Source: Candidatus Hydrogenedentota bacterium (lineage in GTDB: Bacteria > Hydrogenedentota > Hydrogenedentia > Hydrogenedentales > SLHB01). From it: a stretch of 64,000 nt of DNA. The stretch is taken from assembly GCA_963668025.2 (NCBI GenBank), contig CAXXTH010000018.1, positions 320,001 to 384,000 on the forward strand. The letters run 5' to 3'. The position numbers and the translations under genes are program-made. Under the pieces are notes generated by a model. That model saw nothing but the letters and a program-made list of their open reading frames with translations. It was not told the DNA's origin and ran no database searches. Positions 40,529-50,659 of the stretch are shown piece after piece. Numbering within the stretch: the first letter of the stretch is position 1; each line of letters begins with the position of its first letter.

Positions 40529-40558
40529 AAACGCGGCGGGCTTGCGCCCGCCGCGTTT
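40529..40558 (-). terminator. Terminator after pilin
   Basis: AAACGCGGCGGGC-TTGC-GCCCGCCGCGTTT. Confidence 0.75.
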
Positions 40559-40586
40559 CTCCCGTACCCCCTCGAGTTTAGTCCGC

Positions 40587-41051
40587 TTAACCTAGTACAT
40601 CCGAGGCCACCGTCGCCGTACCGGACTGGTCGGCGCGCAACACACCGGATTCATCGATGAAGAATCCGCGGATACCGGTCTTGCCAATGACTTGCGGCGT
40701 CGCCGTCGCGGTATAAGTGGCGACTGCGGCATCGCCAGCCACTACGAAGGTATAGCCGTGCTTCGCACCGCCACCCAAGGTCGTGTCAATATATCCTTGC
40801 ACGCCGTCGCCAGGTGTTGCCAAGTCCGCAAGAGTCGCGGCATACAGCGGGCCATTGGCGGCCGTGCTGATCCCCGCCGCTAAGTATTGAGCTTGAGCGG
40901 ATGAGATAGTGCGCATGGCGCTGATAGCGCCGGCTTCATTCGCGCTGATGCGCGAGCGAAGCAAATTAGGAATGGCGATGGCCGCGATAATCGCGATAAT
41001 AGCCACCACAATCATCAACTCAATCAGCGTGAAACCTTTTTTCGACTTCAT
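40587..41051 (-). CDS. pilA: Type IV major pilin
   Basis: MKSKKG|FTLIELMIVVAII prepilin site; SD GAGGAGG; sigma54 promoter and terminator. Confidence 0.88.
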   Translation of the reverse strand: MKSKKGFTLIELMIVVAIIAIIAAIAIPNLLRSRISANEAGAISAMRTISSAQAQYLAAGISTAANGPLYAATLADLATPGDGVQGYIDTTLGGGAKHGYTFVVAGDAAVATYTATATPQVIGKTGIRGFFIDESGVLRADQSGTATVASDVLG

Positions 41052-41134
41052 CTCGGAATCCTCCTCGTTCTTTCCTCGTTTCACCGGCCCCGCCAGGACC
41101 CGGCGTGTTTTTTTGCCATAGACATCTTCTATTA

Positions 41135-41151
41135 AGCAACAGTAATGCCAA
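41135..41151 (-). promoter_or_regulatory. sigma54 promoter of pilin
   Basis: TTGGCATTACTGTTGCT (GG-N10-GC). Confidence 0.85.
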
Positions 41152-41256
41152 CTTTTACCAAATTATTTAAATACCTATTTTAAAAGGACTTACATAGAAA
41201 CAACGCGCCAGCTTATCAAAAGATGCTCTTATGATGCAGACATAGCTCGACTCTTT

Positions 41257-41273
41257 GTGACAAATTTTGTCAC
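41257..41273. promoter_or_regulatory. Palindromic enhancer (candidate PilR-type activator site)
   Basis: GTGACAAA-T-TTTGTCAC about 105 bp upstream of the -24 box across an AT-rich spacer. Confidence 0.6.
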
Positions 41274-41398
41274 TTAACACCCTATAAGGAAATCATCACC
41301 TGGCAGGGAATTATTGCCAAAGCAATTTCATGGAACCGCAACGCATCCAGCGTTTATAGTAACGCCTGTGGAATCCGACAAACAGAGGGAGATGGGCG

Positions 41399-42097
41399 AT
41401 GAGAAACGGAAACAAAAAAATGCTGGCGGCCATTTGCGCTATGCTGTTTGCCTTACAGGGCGTGGCATTCGCAGGCGTCGAGGTATCGGTGACGCTTACG
41501 GGCGATCTGGATGAAATTCTGTCCGTGCTCAATGCGCTGAACGCGCAGCGAGGCGGGAATGCCGTGGGCCAATCCAATGAAAGCATGCGGGTGCAAGTGC
41601 ATAGCATGTCCGTGGGCACAATCGAAGATGGCCCTCGTCCTTCGCCAGTTCCTCCCACGCAGCAGCCACAAATAGCGTTTAGTGGCGCGGAGATAGTCCC
41701 CAGCACGCCTAGCCCCGGCGGCCAGATCATGGTCATGGCGGAGCTGCAAGATCCCCGGCATCAGGTGGATACCGTGTCCGTGCGGCTAAATGTTCCGGGC
41801 GGCTTCGCCTTTGATCTGTTCGATAATGGCGGGTATGGCGATAATCAAGCGGGCGATGGATTATGGAAACGCCAAATCACGCTGCCTGCGGATATCGCTC
41901 CGGGCGATGTAACCGTGGCGTTCACCGCGTTCGACATGAATGGACAGACGGTCAACGTCATAAAACCAGATGGAACCAGCGCACCGTTAAAAGAGACGGC
42001 TACGTTGCGCATTATGGCTCCGCAGGCGGCGGGTAGCGCTTCATCAGTTCCTGAAAACGCGGCTCCTTCCGCAGCAGCGCCAAGTCCGGATCAGTGA
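41399..42097 (+). CDS. Secreted protein with choice-of-anchor-X-like Ig domain
   Basis: Signal peptide; LFDNGGYGDNQAGDGLW. Confidence 0.7.
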   Translation: MRNGNKKMLAAICAMLFALQGVAFAGVEVSVTLTGDLDEILSVLNALNAQRGGNAVGQSNESMRVQVHSMSVGTIEDGPRPSPVPPTQQPQIAFSGAEIVPSTPSPGGQIMVMAELQDPRHQVDTVSVRLNVPGGFAFDLFDNGGYGDNQAGDGLWKRQITLPADIAPGDVTVAFTAFDMNGQTVNVIKPDGTSAPLKETATLRIMAPQAAGSASSVPENAAPSAAAPSPDQ

Positions 42098-42872
42098 GCG
42101 CGGATTGCCGGTAGGCTTCACTGTTGGCCAGCGCACGCTCCAGCGGCTCGAATGCATCTTGCGGGCGTTTATCGAGGCATGCCAGGCACGCCAGATTATA
42201 CTGGGGCGCCGGATGCGTGGGATCTAGCGCCGCCGCTTTCTCATATGCCTGGCGCGCTTCCTCGAAGCGTTCCATGGCCACCAATAAGTTGCCATAATTA
42301 TTATAGGCCGCTAAATCGTTTGGCTCGAGCTCGATGGCCCGCTTGGCCTGTTGTTCCGCCTCTTTATAGCGTCCTTGCCTGCGCAACACCACGGCAAGAT
42401 CATTATAAGGGCGGCTCCATCCCGGCTCGAGTTCAATGGCTTTACGAAAAGCGGCGTTGGCCTCTTTCGAGCGCCCCATGCCGTACAAGACAATGCCCAA
42501 TGCGTTCTGCGGCCAGCTCCAATCCGGTTTCAACGCAATCGACTTGCGCAATGCTTTCACGGATTCGCGTAAATGCTTTGCTCCCCACAAGCGCAATCCC
42601 AACGCGAAATAGGTCTCGGCAGAAGCCAGTTTATTCTTTTCCGCCAGAGCAGCCGCACGCGCCACGAGATCGCGGGTTTCGTCTTTTCGCACCTGCGGAT
42701 CAAGGGCTACAGCGTCCAGCATAGCTTGCACGAGGACATCCGGGGGCATGGGAGGAACGGGATCATCGGCATTACGCACGGCTACGACAACCGCCGCTAG
42801 AAAAACAACGGCAGCCGTAAACATCCAAATGATGCGATGATAGCGTAGCACTCCTCCCCACATGAGGCGCAT
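42012..42872 (-). CDS. Membrane-anchored TPR protein
   Basis: N-terminal TM; TPRs; YNLAC...DPDL end motif. Confidence 0.85.
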   Translation of the reverse strand: MRLMWGGVLRYHRIIWMFTAAVVFLAAVVVAVRNADDPVPPMPPDVLVQAMLDAVALDPQVRKDETRDLVARAAALAEKNKLASAETYFALGLRLWGAKHLRESVKALRKSIALKPDWSWPQNALGIVLYGMGRSKEANAAFRKAIELEPGWSRPYNDLAVVLRRQGRYKEAEQQAKRAIELEPNDLAAYNNYGNLLVAMERFEEARQAYEKAAALDPTHPAPQYNLACLACLDKRPQDAFEPLERALANSEAYRQSALTDPDLALLRKEPRFQELMKRYPPPAEP

Positions 42873-43236
42873 TCTATACCAAACTCATCGCGGGCGGCGA
42901 ATCCAGGCAGAGATGGTTCAGGATTGGATGCAACAATCCGGCGCCTATCGCGCCTTATAGCTCCAAGTCCAGAATAGTTATTGAAACGTAGCATGGCCGT
43001 CCCGGCCATGTACATGGCCGAGACGGCCATGCTACGGCAGCCGTAAACATCCAAATGATGCGATGATAGCGTAGCACTCCTCCCCACATGAGGCGCATTC
43101 TATACCAAACTCATCGCGAGCGGCGAATCCAGGCAGGGATGGTTCAGGATTGGATGCAACAATCCGGCGCCTATCGCGCCTTATAGCTCCAAGTCCAAAA
43201 TAGTTATTGAAACGTAGCATGGCCGTCCCGGCCATG
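42808..43236. repeat. 203-bp tandem duplication bounded by GTAG-type REP palindromes
   Basis: 42808-43010 repeated at 43034-43236 with 3 substitutions; REP GTAGCATGGCCGTCCCGGCCATG. Confidence 0.9.
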
Positions 43237-43291
43237 CTACGGGAGAGGAGAATCCATTTTTGAGCGCCTACAATACAAAAAGTGGCCCAAT

Positions 43292-44974
43292 TCATCCGCG
43301 TTTGCGTTGAAGGATACGCATGATGCCGCGCATCTCGCCTACATCCAGGATATAGCACAACGCTGCATATCCCCCCATGGCTACGCCGAGCGGTATGCCT
43401 GCGCACAAGATGCGCGAGGCCATCATCGCTCCCGTGTCCGCCCATTGGGCCGCGCCCGCCGACTGTAGCCAAGAGGCAAGACGCTCGGATGTGAGATACT
43501 CGAATACGCGCAGGTAGATGGCGTGCGCCACGGCAATCGACATGACTGCCGCCACGGTGATGCGCATAAGCGCGGTGAAAAAGGGCGCATCCCACAGCTT
43601 GCCATACTGGCGCGCCAGCATGCCGTATAACACCGCGAAATTAACCGTATACGAGATTGTCGTAGCAATGGCAAGGCCCTTGTAACCCAGGGGGCGGATG
43701 AGCACAAAATTCAAGACGATATTGAGGAGCATCGCACCCGACGCGATAATAACGGGCGTCTTGGTGTCTTTCATTCCATAAAAACCCGTAACGGCTACTT
43801 TCACGAATGCAAAAGAAAGAAGCCCCACGGCGTATATCGCCATGGCGGTAGCAGTTTTATCGGCCAACTCCGCATTAAAACGCCCCCATTCGAAGAGCAA
43901 GCGAATGATCGGGCGTCCCAGGACAATGAGCCCAAGCGTGGACGGCAGCACCAGAAAATATGTCTGGCGCATGCCTTGCATCATGGACGCGCGGATGGCC
44001 CCCTTTCGGGCTTGAGCTGCCGAGGATGCGACGGCGGGCAGAAGCGCCGCCGCCGTGGCAATGCCAAATACCGACAACGGCAATTGAATAAGCCGGTTGG
44101 CGTAAAAGAAGGCGGTTACGGTGCCTGGCTCGAGCGAATACGCAAACAAGGTGTCTACTAATTTATTGACCTCGCCCGCCGCTTGGCCCAGCGCCACGGG
44201 AACCATGAGCCAGCAGATCTCCCGCACCCCAGGATGCCAGATGCGGAAATTGGGCAGCCAGACGCCAGACACGCGCCCGAGGGCGTAATATTGGACAACT
44301 AATTGGGTGACGCCGCCCAGCCAGACGCCGAATACGAGCACATAGGCGGGGTCGGGAAACACATGAGGAAAATAACGGTAAAACACGAAACAAGACAAAA
44401 TCATGGACACATTGAGCAGCGCGGGCGACCAAGACGGCGTGGCGTAATGGCGCAAGGTGAATAATGGCCCCATGGCGAACACCGTAAGGCCAATGAAGAA
44501 TATGTATGGAAATGTCCAGCGCGTCAGCGATATGGCCAGTTCGAGGTTATCCGCATCAGGCTTGGAGCCGGTCACACCCTCAAGGGCGTTCATAGCGCGG
44601 AGCAATTGGGGCACGAACGCCACGCCCAGCAGCGAAACAACGAGCAGCAACAGCAGCATGGCCGACATGGCCGCTGAAACCAAAACCCGGAATTCCGCCT
44701 CTGAGTTTTCTTCTTTCGTATGGGCAAAGACCGGCACGAACGCGGCGTTCATGGCCCCTTCGCCCAGCAGGTCGCGCAGCATATTGGGCATGCGAAACGC
44801 CACGATAAAGGCGTCGCGTGAGGCGTCAGGCACGGCAATGGCGATCACCGTGTCACGCACCATACCCAATGCCCGGCTGAAAAGCGTGCCGCTGGCGAAA
44901 ATAGCGGTCGCCCGCCCCACACGCGTGTCGGGCGCTCCGCCCGATGCAGGGCCTTCTTTTTTCTTACGAGCCAC
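43292..44974 (-). CDS. murJ: Lipid II flippase MurJ (MviN)
   Basis: SRALGMVRD, AFRMPN.LR.L.GEGA..AAFVP, YANRL.QLP. Confidence 0.95.
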   Translation of the reverse strand: MARKKKEGPASGGAPDTRVGRATAIFASGTLFSRALGMVRDTVIAIAVPDASRDAFIVAFRMPNMLRDLLGEGAMNAAFVPVFAHTKEENSEAEFRVLVSAAMSAMLLLLLVVSLLGVAFVPQLLRAMNALEGVTGSKPDADNLELAISLTRWTFPYIFFIGLTVFAMGPLFTLRHYATPSWSPALLNVSMILSCFVFYRYFPHVFPDPAYVLVFGVWLGGVTQLVVQYYALGRVSGVWLPNFRIWHPGVREICWLMVPVALGQAAGEVNKLVDTLFAYSLEPGTVTAFFYANRLIQLPLSVFGIATAAALLPAVASSAAQARKGAIRASMMQGMRQTYFLVLPSTLGLIVLGRPIIRLLFEWGRFNAELADKTATAMAIYAVGLLSFAFVKVAVTGFYGMKDTKTPVIIASGAMLLNIVLNFVLIRPLGYKGLAIATTISYTVNFAVLYGMLARQYGKLWDAPFFTALMRITVAAVMSIAVAHAIYLRVFEYLTSERLASWLQSAGAAQWADTGAMMASRILCAGIPLGVAMGGYAALCYILDVGEMRGIMRILQRKRG

Positions 44975-45051
44975 TCCCTATTCCTTATGACTATATATTG
45001 CAGTAAAGGGGGGCTTGACGCTCCCCCTGTTCGTCCAAGATGAAAAAAACT

Positions 45052-46560
45052 CTACATCTCTAGCTTTTGATATGTTCGCGGACAGACATTGGCCAGCGTA
45101 AAAATCAATACAGCAGCTACCAGCATGGCCCATGGGAACAGGCCCGGCCCCAGCGCAGCACATTGCGGCCCCGGCGCGGGAACCGGAAGCGCGCCCCTGC
45201 ACCGCATATGCGCCGGGCCAATCGAGGTGAAACGCCCCCACGGGTCATAGACACCCGTATAACCTGTGTTCGAAGAATGCACCAGCGGCAGGCGGGTTTC
45301 GACGGCGCGCATACGGCAAATCTCGCGTTCCTGCGGCACAATGCTGCTATCGCCAAACCAGGCCAGATTCGTCATCACAATTAAGAAATCCGCACCGCCG
45401 CCCTGCAAACGCCTCGCCATCGAAGGGAAAAGCATCTCGAAGCAAATCAACGGGCCAAAGCGGCGTCCATGAACCGTGAAGACCTTGTATTCCTTTCCCG
45501 GCTGAATATCCCCCACGGCGGGCACGAGTCCCGCCAGGAATGGCAGGTATTGGGAGAGCGGCATATATTCGCCAAATGGCGCGAGATGGATTTTATCGTA
45601 ATATCCCAGCTCTTCGCTCTCCAATCCATACAGAGAAGCGGAATTGGTCCAATTATCCGCATCCAAATCTTGGCGGGTCGAGCCGGTAAACAGCGGCGTT
45701 TGCGTGCGTTCGGCGAAACCGCGCAATATCGCATCAATGGGCGGCGTATCCGACGGCACAGTGATGAGGGCTTCAGGCCACACGAATAGGTCCACCTGGT
45801 TTTGCCATGCCATCGGCTCCGACCATTGCACCGCCCGCTCGACCATATCCACCGCGTATTCATCATCCCATTTCATTTCTTGGGCGTAATTGGATTGATA
45901 GAGGCCCACCTGAAACGGTTTGGATTCATAATCCGCCGGTTGCAGGAGCAGGAGTCCCACGCCATGCACTCCCAGCAATAGCAACGCAGGCCATCCTATA
46001 TAGGCCAGCCGTCCGTGCGGGTGATGAATGGCTTGGGCAATCAGAAACGCGCTGGTGACAATAATCCCCGAAACAAGCCCCACTCCCCCGAACGACGCCA
46101 TTTGAAGCAGTGGCAAATCCGGGCCAATGGCGTACCCCAACGCGCTCCAGCCAAAACCGGTAAACACGACGGATTGCAAAAACTCCATGGCCACCCACAA
46201 TACGCCCGACGCCAGCGCAAGGGGAATCCAGCAAAGGCGGTCACGCAAACGGCGCCAGATGACGCCAAAGACGCCCCAGTACAAGGCCAGATACGCACAC
46301 AAGACGGCGTATCCCAGAACCGCCACGCCGCCCGCCCAGAAGATATTCGCCATAAGCCATTGAAGGACAATAAGATGAAAAGCAAATCCCGCTAAGAAAA
46401 AACGAATGAAACAGGCCTTGACTCCAAGAGAAAATGCGAAGGCGAACAACAGAATAAGCCCCGCCCATATCAAGGGAAACAGATGCAACGACGGGAAACC
46501 GAACGCGATCAATCCCCCGGCTAACACGGCGCTCCAATACTGCGGATGGGTGAGTTTCAT
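45052..46560 (-). CDS. lnt: Apolipoprotein N-acyltransferase
   Basis: WPE, YDKIHLAPFGEY, LICFE, RAVE, NTG. Confidence 0.95.
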   Translation of the reverse strand: MKLTHPQYWSAVLAGGLIAFGFPSLHLFPLIWAGLILLFAFAFSLGVKACFIRFFLAGFAFHLIVLQWLMANIFWAGGVAVLGYAVLCAYLALYWGVFGVIWRRLRDRLCWIPLALASGVLWVAMEFLQSVVFTGFGWSALGYAIGPDLPLLQMASFGGVGLVSGIIVTSAFLIAQAIHHPHGRLAYIGWPALLLLGVHGVGLLLLQPADYESKPFQVGLYQSNYAQEMKWDDEYAVDMVERAVQWSEPMAWQNQVDLFVWPEALITVPSDTPPIDAILRGFAERTQTPLFTGSTRQDLDADNWTNSASLYGLESEELGYYDKIHLAPFGEYMPLSQYLPFLAGLVPAVGDIQPGKEYKVFTVHGRRFGPLICFEMLFPSMARRLQGGGADFLIVMTNLAWFGDSSIVPQEREICRMRAVETRLPLVHSSNTGYTGVYDPWGRFTSIGPAHMRCRGALPVPAPGPQCAALGPGLFPWAMLVAAVLIFTLANVCPRTYQKLEM

Positions 46561-46675
46561 ACGCGCATATGATGCGGCAACTCACCGCAGGAATGCAAAC
46601 ATGCTCATGAATCGAGGCATGCTTGTGCGTGTAACAAATACACGCTTTGACCATTTCAAGGCGCAAAGAACGTTC

Positions 46676-46840
46676 AACGCAGAGGCGCAGAGAACGCAGA
46701 GTGTCGCAGAGAATCCAGTCTCTCCGCAGAATCCACTCTCTCTATTTCCACTGATGCTGTTCATTTTCGACTGCGCGAGAATTTGTTCAGAGCATATTTT
46801 TTCTACTTTTCGGACCTCCTCGTTCTCCGCGCCTTGCGTT
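46676..46840. repeat. Palindromic AACGCAGAG-family repeat element
   Basis: AACGCAGAGGCGCAGAGAACGCAGAG ... CTCCGCGCCTTGCGTT. Confidence 0.65.
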
Positions 46841-47051
46841 AAAAATGATCGCCTATATCGAGCTGAAAAGCTATCAAGTAGGAAACAACCATCACATTTG
46901 GCGGCCTGGGGTGTAGTAAACGTTTGCTAATCGGCCGCGCTTTTGCTATACTCCCTTCGGCATGACAATGGGGGCCAGCCCGTATGATGCTTCTTATCCA
47001 TATATCTCCTGCTATATACTAGGCGCTTTGGATGTACAGGAGGAGCTGAAA

Positions 47052-47981
47052 ATGAGCACAAGACGTTTTCTAATGATTGCCATGTGTGTCCTGCTGGGAG
47101 CAGCCGCATATGCCACGCCCCAGCGCCCAAATGTAAACGTGCCATACCTCGATACCACGGCACATCCCATCTCCATTGATGGAGATGGGGCGGACTGGCC
47201 TGCGGAAACGCTGGAAGAAGGAATCCATTTTTACAAAGGGGATGGGCAAGGAGCAAGCGCCTCCGCGTATGGAACCACGGTTCTGGGAACCATGAGCAAT
47301 CAAAGCGACGGCGAAGCAAATGTTTATCTCACCCACGACGGCACATACCTCTACATCCTGGCGATCATCCAGGATGACGCCCTCGAACAACGCACCAGCG
47401 AAAACAATACGAATGAAGGATGGAAGGAAGACGCCCTTCATTTGTACATCGACAGCACGAACGCCGCCCGGGCGAGCATCCCTAGTCCTCCTATCACGAA
47501 TCAGGAGGGATATGAGCAGTTTGGGGTGAGCACGGATCTGAATTGTTATACCGAGAATTGCGATTTCACCACCAACAATACCTCCGGCGCGGCGGGAGCT
47601 GGGGCGCAGCCCGATCAAACCCATTGGCTGGTGTCGATCCAAGTCGAAGGTACTGGACCGTATACGTATACCTTTGAAGAACGTGTTCCGCTGAATGAAG
47701 TAGAAGGCCACAATCTGCGGACGATGACGCCGGGCCAATCCTACGGATTCAACGCGGAATTTGTGGATAGCGACAACGGCGTGTATGTCCAAGGCTGGAT
47801 GTTCTGGTCAGGCAATGGCTCGAGCGACTGCTGGAACTCGCAGAATGTATGGGGAACCATGACGCTTGCGGAGATCCCCCCCGAGCCCGTCGCTCTCCCA
47901 GTATCCAGCCTTTTCGCCCTGCTGGCATTGGCCATATCGATGGGATGTTTAGTCCGGCGTTACCGCCGCCGTAGTGTATAA
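47052..47981 (+). CDS. Secreted CBM9/DOMON-like protein with C-terminal sorting signal
   Basis: IDGDGADW, YLYILA..QDD, W.EDALHLYID; tail LPV + TM + RRYRRR. Confidence 0.75.
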   Translation: MSTRRFLMIAMCVLLGAAAYATPQRPNVNVPYLDTTAHPISIDGDGADWPAETLEEGIHFYKGDGQGASASAYGTTVLGTMSNQSDGEANVYLTHDGTYLYILAIIQDDALEQRTSENNTNEGWKEDALHLYIDSTNAARASIPSPPITNQEGYEQFGVSTDLNCYTENCDFTTNNTSGAAGAGAQPDQTHWLVSIQVEGTGPYTYTFEERVPLNEVEGHNLRTMTPGQSYGFNAEFVDSDNGVYVQGWMFWSGNGSSDCWNSQNVWGTMTLAEIPPEPVALPVSSLFALLALAISMGCLVRRYRRRSV

Positions 47982-48084
47982 ACTGGATTCTTCGCATCCG
48001 CCTGAATCCAGATAGGTTCTTGCGATGCATGCCGCCGCGAAAGACGCGGCGGCATGCGGGCCTCAAATAGGATGGATTCAGCCG

Positions 48085-49563
48085 ATGCCGAATAGTACAC
48101 AATCCGGTAAAGACACTCCGCCTCACGCCAGCGCCGACGAGTTGTCGTCTTCCTTGATGGTCACCCAAGTGCGGGACAGAGTGCCTGTTCATGAGAAAGC
48201 CGCCTGGGCCGCGGGCAATGTCGCGGATACGCTCATGACCACCTCCATCGGACAACTGGCGCTGCCGGTGTACAACATGGCGTTCGGACTCGATCCCCGG
48301 CTGGTGACCACCGCCATGGCTATCCCCCGTTTTCTGGGCGCTTTCCTCGATCCCGTCGTGGGAAATATCTCCGACAACACCCGCACCCGGTGGGGACGCC
48401 GCCGTCCGTATATTTTCTTCGGGGGCATCATGGTCACGACGCTGTATTGGCTTACCTGGTGCCCATCGAGTTCATGGAGCCCCAGCGGCATCTTCACCTA
48501 TTTCATCCTCATGTCGATCCTCTTCTATGCCTTCTATTCCGTGTATCTGATTCCCGATGCCGCGTTGGGTTTCGAGCTTACAGGTGATTACAACGAAAGA
48601 ACCCGCATTCAAGGTTACCGGAGTTTCATGGGCTCGATTGTAGGACTTGGCCTGCCTTACTTTTTCCTATGGTCCAAATCACCCTTGTTTGGCGGGAACA
48701 CGGTAAGCGGCATCCGATGGGTCACGGGGATCGCCGCTATTGTGATGATGCTGGCCATCTTCTCGACCGTATATTTCTGCAAGGAACGCGCGAGCGCCCA
48801 ACAGCAAAACAAGATCGGTTTGATGACCGCCATAAAGATCTCGTTGTGCAACGGACCCTTCATGCTGGTGCTCGCCATCATCATGCTCGTGATTGTGGCC
48901 TGTTTCCTGACAAATCCTATCGAGATCTATGTCATCACGTATCACGTGGCGCACGGCGATGAAAAGGTTGGCGCTCAGATCTACGCCATCACGGGAATGA
49001 TATACGGCGTCTTGGGTATACTCGCGGTGCCACTGGTCACCTGGACGGCCACCCATATCGGCAAGCGCAACACCATGCTGCTGGGCGAAGCGCTGGCGAT
49101 TATCGCGTTTCTCTCGACGCTCGTGTTCTACAATACCCACTCCTGGTGGTGGATCCTGGTGACCAAGGTGATTCAAAATCCCGGCTTATCGACCGTGTGG
49201 ATATTGGGCTTTTCCATGATCGCGGACGTCTGCGATGTAGACGAACTGCGATGCGGCCTTCGCCGGGAGGGCATGTTCGGCGCGATGTACAACACGCTGG
49301 TGACAAAATTTGGCATTGCCGCCATCACATTCGCCAGCGGCTTCTGCCTGGCGTGGACCGGCTACCATTCCGGTGTCACGCCTTCCACACAGGTCGTGAA
49401 CAACCTGCGGCTGCTATATTCAGTAGCGCCCGCCATCATATTGGCCTTGGCGTTCGTACTTACACTGTATTATCCGCTCAGTGAAAAACGCATGCACGAA
49501 GTTCGTGCGGAGTTGGAAGCTCGCAAGCAACAGCAAACGGCATCCGAGCAACAAACTGGATGA
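48085..49563 (+). CDS. GPH family (MelB-like) MFS sugar transporter
   Basis: DP.VG.ISD.TRTRWGRRRPY, ELT.DY.ERT, MIADVCD.DEL..G.RREG. Confidence 0.9.
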   Translation: MPNSTQSGKDTPPHASADELSSSLMVTQVRDRVPVHEKAAWAAGNVADTLMTTSIGQLALPVYNMAFGLDPRLVTTAMAIPRFLGAFLDPVVGNISDNTRTRWGRRRPYIFFGGIMVTTLYWLTWCPSSSWSPSGIFTYFILMSILFYAFYSVYLIPDAALGFELTGDYNERTRIQGYRSFMGSIVGLGLPYFFLWSKSPLFGGNTVSGIRWVTGIAAIVMMLAIFSTVYFCKERASAQQQNKIGLMTAIKISLCNGPFMLVLAIIMLVIVACFLTNPIEIYVITYHVAHGDEKVGAQIYAITGMIYGVLGILAVPLVTWTATHIGKRNTMLLGEALAIIAFLSTLVFYNTHSWWWILVTKVIQNPGLSTVWILGFSMIADVCDVDELRCGLRREGMFGAMYNTLVTKFGIAAITFASGFCLAWTGYHSGVTPSTQVVNNLRLLYSVAPAIILALAFVLTLYYPLSEKRMHEVRAELEARKQQQTASEQQTG

Positions 49564-49618
49564 AGCTCAGGCTAGGTCTTTGCATGACCGGCCATCAACA
49601 ATCCCGTGGAGATAAGCC

Positions 49619-50647
49619 ATGTGGTATCAAGTGAACGCTCCTCTCCGGATCGAGCAAATGTGGTGCAATTTCCTGCCATCCTGGTGGAACCGCAACTACG
49701 GCGTGGCGTTCGGCGAACACATCATATTCGACCCGGATTACCGAACGGAGGTGTCGCTGTTTCTTGCGCGAACCTTGGCGCAACGATTCCCGGAATTGCA
49801 GATAGGCTCGCCCGATCCGAAACCCCAAGTAACGCAGCCCAACCTGGATAATGCCACGACCCCAGCGCTGGCGGGCTGCGAAATCCATTATCCCGCTGAT
49901 AATTATCCTTGGAATATGCACTTGCCGGAAGAGCGCATCGCCGGCCTTCAACTGCCGTCCGATCTCACCCAGGTGTTTCCGTACAACGAGATCATTTCCC
50001 AAGTGAGTTATCTCAACAGGAAGCTCGAGCTTGACGCCACTCCCTGGCTTCCCACACGCGGGGTGTTGAATGACGCTGCGCTGCTACAGGGAACCTCTTT
50101 ATTTTCCGATTTGCTTACGAACCCTCAAAGGGCAAAGCACGTATTGGATTATTCGCATCAACTCCTGATGCGCCTGATGCGGCTCAATAAAGAAGAACTC
50201 GGATATCGCGGCATGGTCATGATCGCCAATTGCACCGCCATCATGATAAGCCCAGAAATGTATAAAGACCTGCTCTTGCCGTATGACCTTCTGATACAGC
50301 AACAGACTGCCGCATACGGGCAAGAGTTCGGGCTTCACCACTGCGGCGTGCTGGATGCTTATACATCCGCATACCGCGCCATCCCGCATATCCATTTTTT
50401 GGAGACCGGCAGCGAATCCAACATCCGGGCCGCGCTCGAGGCATTCCCCGAATCGTCCGTGCAGTACATATTCAGCGCCAAACACATGCTGCATTCCAAA
50501 CCAGCACGGATTCATGACACCATGGAGCAGATCATGGACGCCGCCCGAGGATGCGAGCGGCGCTTCCGGATCTCGGCGCCGGACATCGAGTATGGCACGC
50601 CCGACGAAAACCTGCTGGAGATTTTTGCGTGCTGCCGCCAGTTCTAA
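49619..50647 (+). CDS. UroD/MtaA-CmuA family protein
   Basis: ANC..ISP.MY..L..YD, LHHCG, GTPDEN. Confidence 0.7.
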   Translation: MWYQVNAPLRIEQMWCNFLPSWWNRNYGVAFGEHIIFDPDYRTEVSLFLARTLAQRFPELQIGSPDPKPQVTQPNLDNATTPALAGCEIHYPADNYPWNMHLPEERIAGLQLPSDLTQVFPYNEIISQVSYLNRKLELDATPWLPTRGVLNDAALLQGTSLFSDLLTNPQRAKHVLDYSHQLLMRLMRLNKEELGYRGMVMIANCTAIMISPEMYKDLLLPYDLLIQQQTAAYGQEFGLHHCGVLDAYTSAYRAIPHIHFLETGSESNIRAALEAFPESSVQYIFSAKHMLHSKPARIHDTMEQIMDAARGCERRFRISAPDIEYGTPDENLLEIFACCRQF

Positions 50648-50659
50648 GCATATGGCGAA

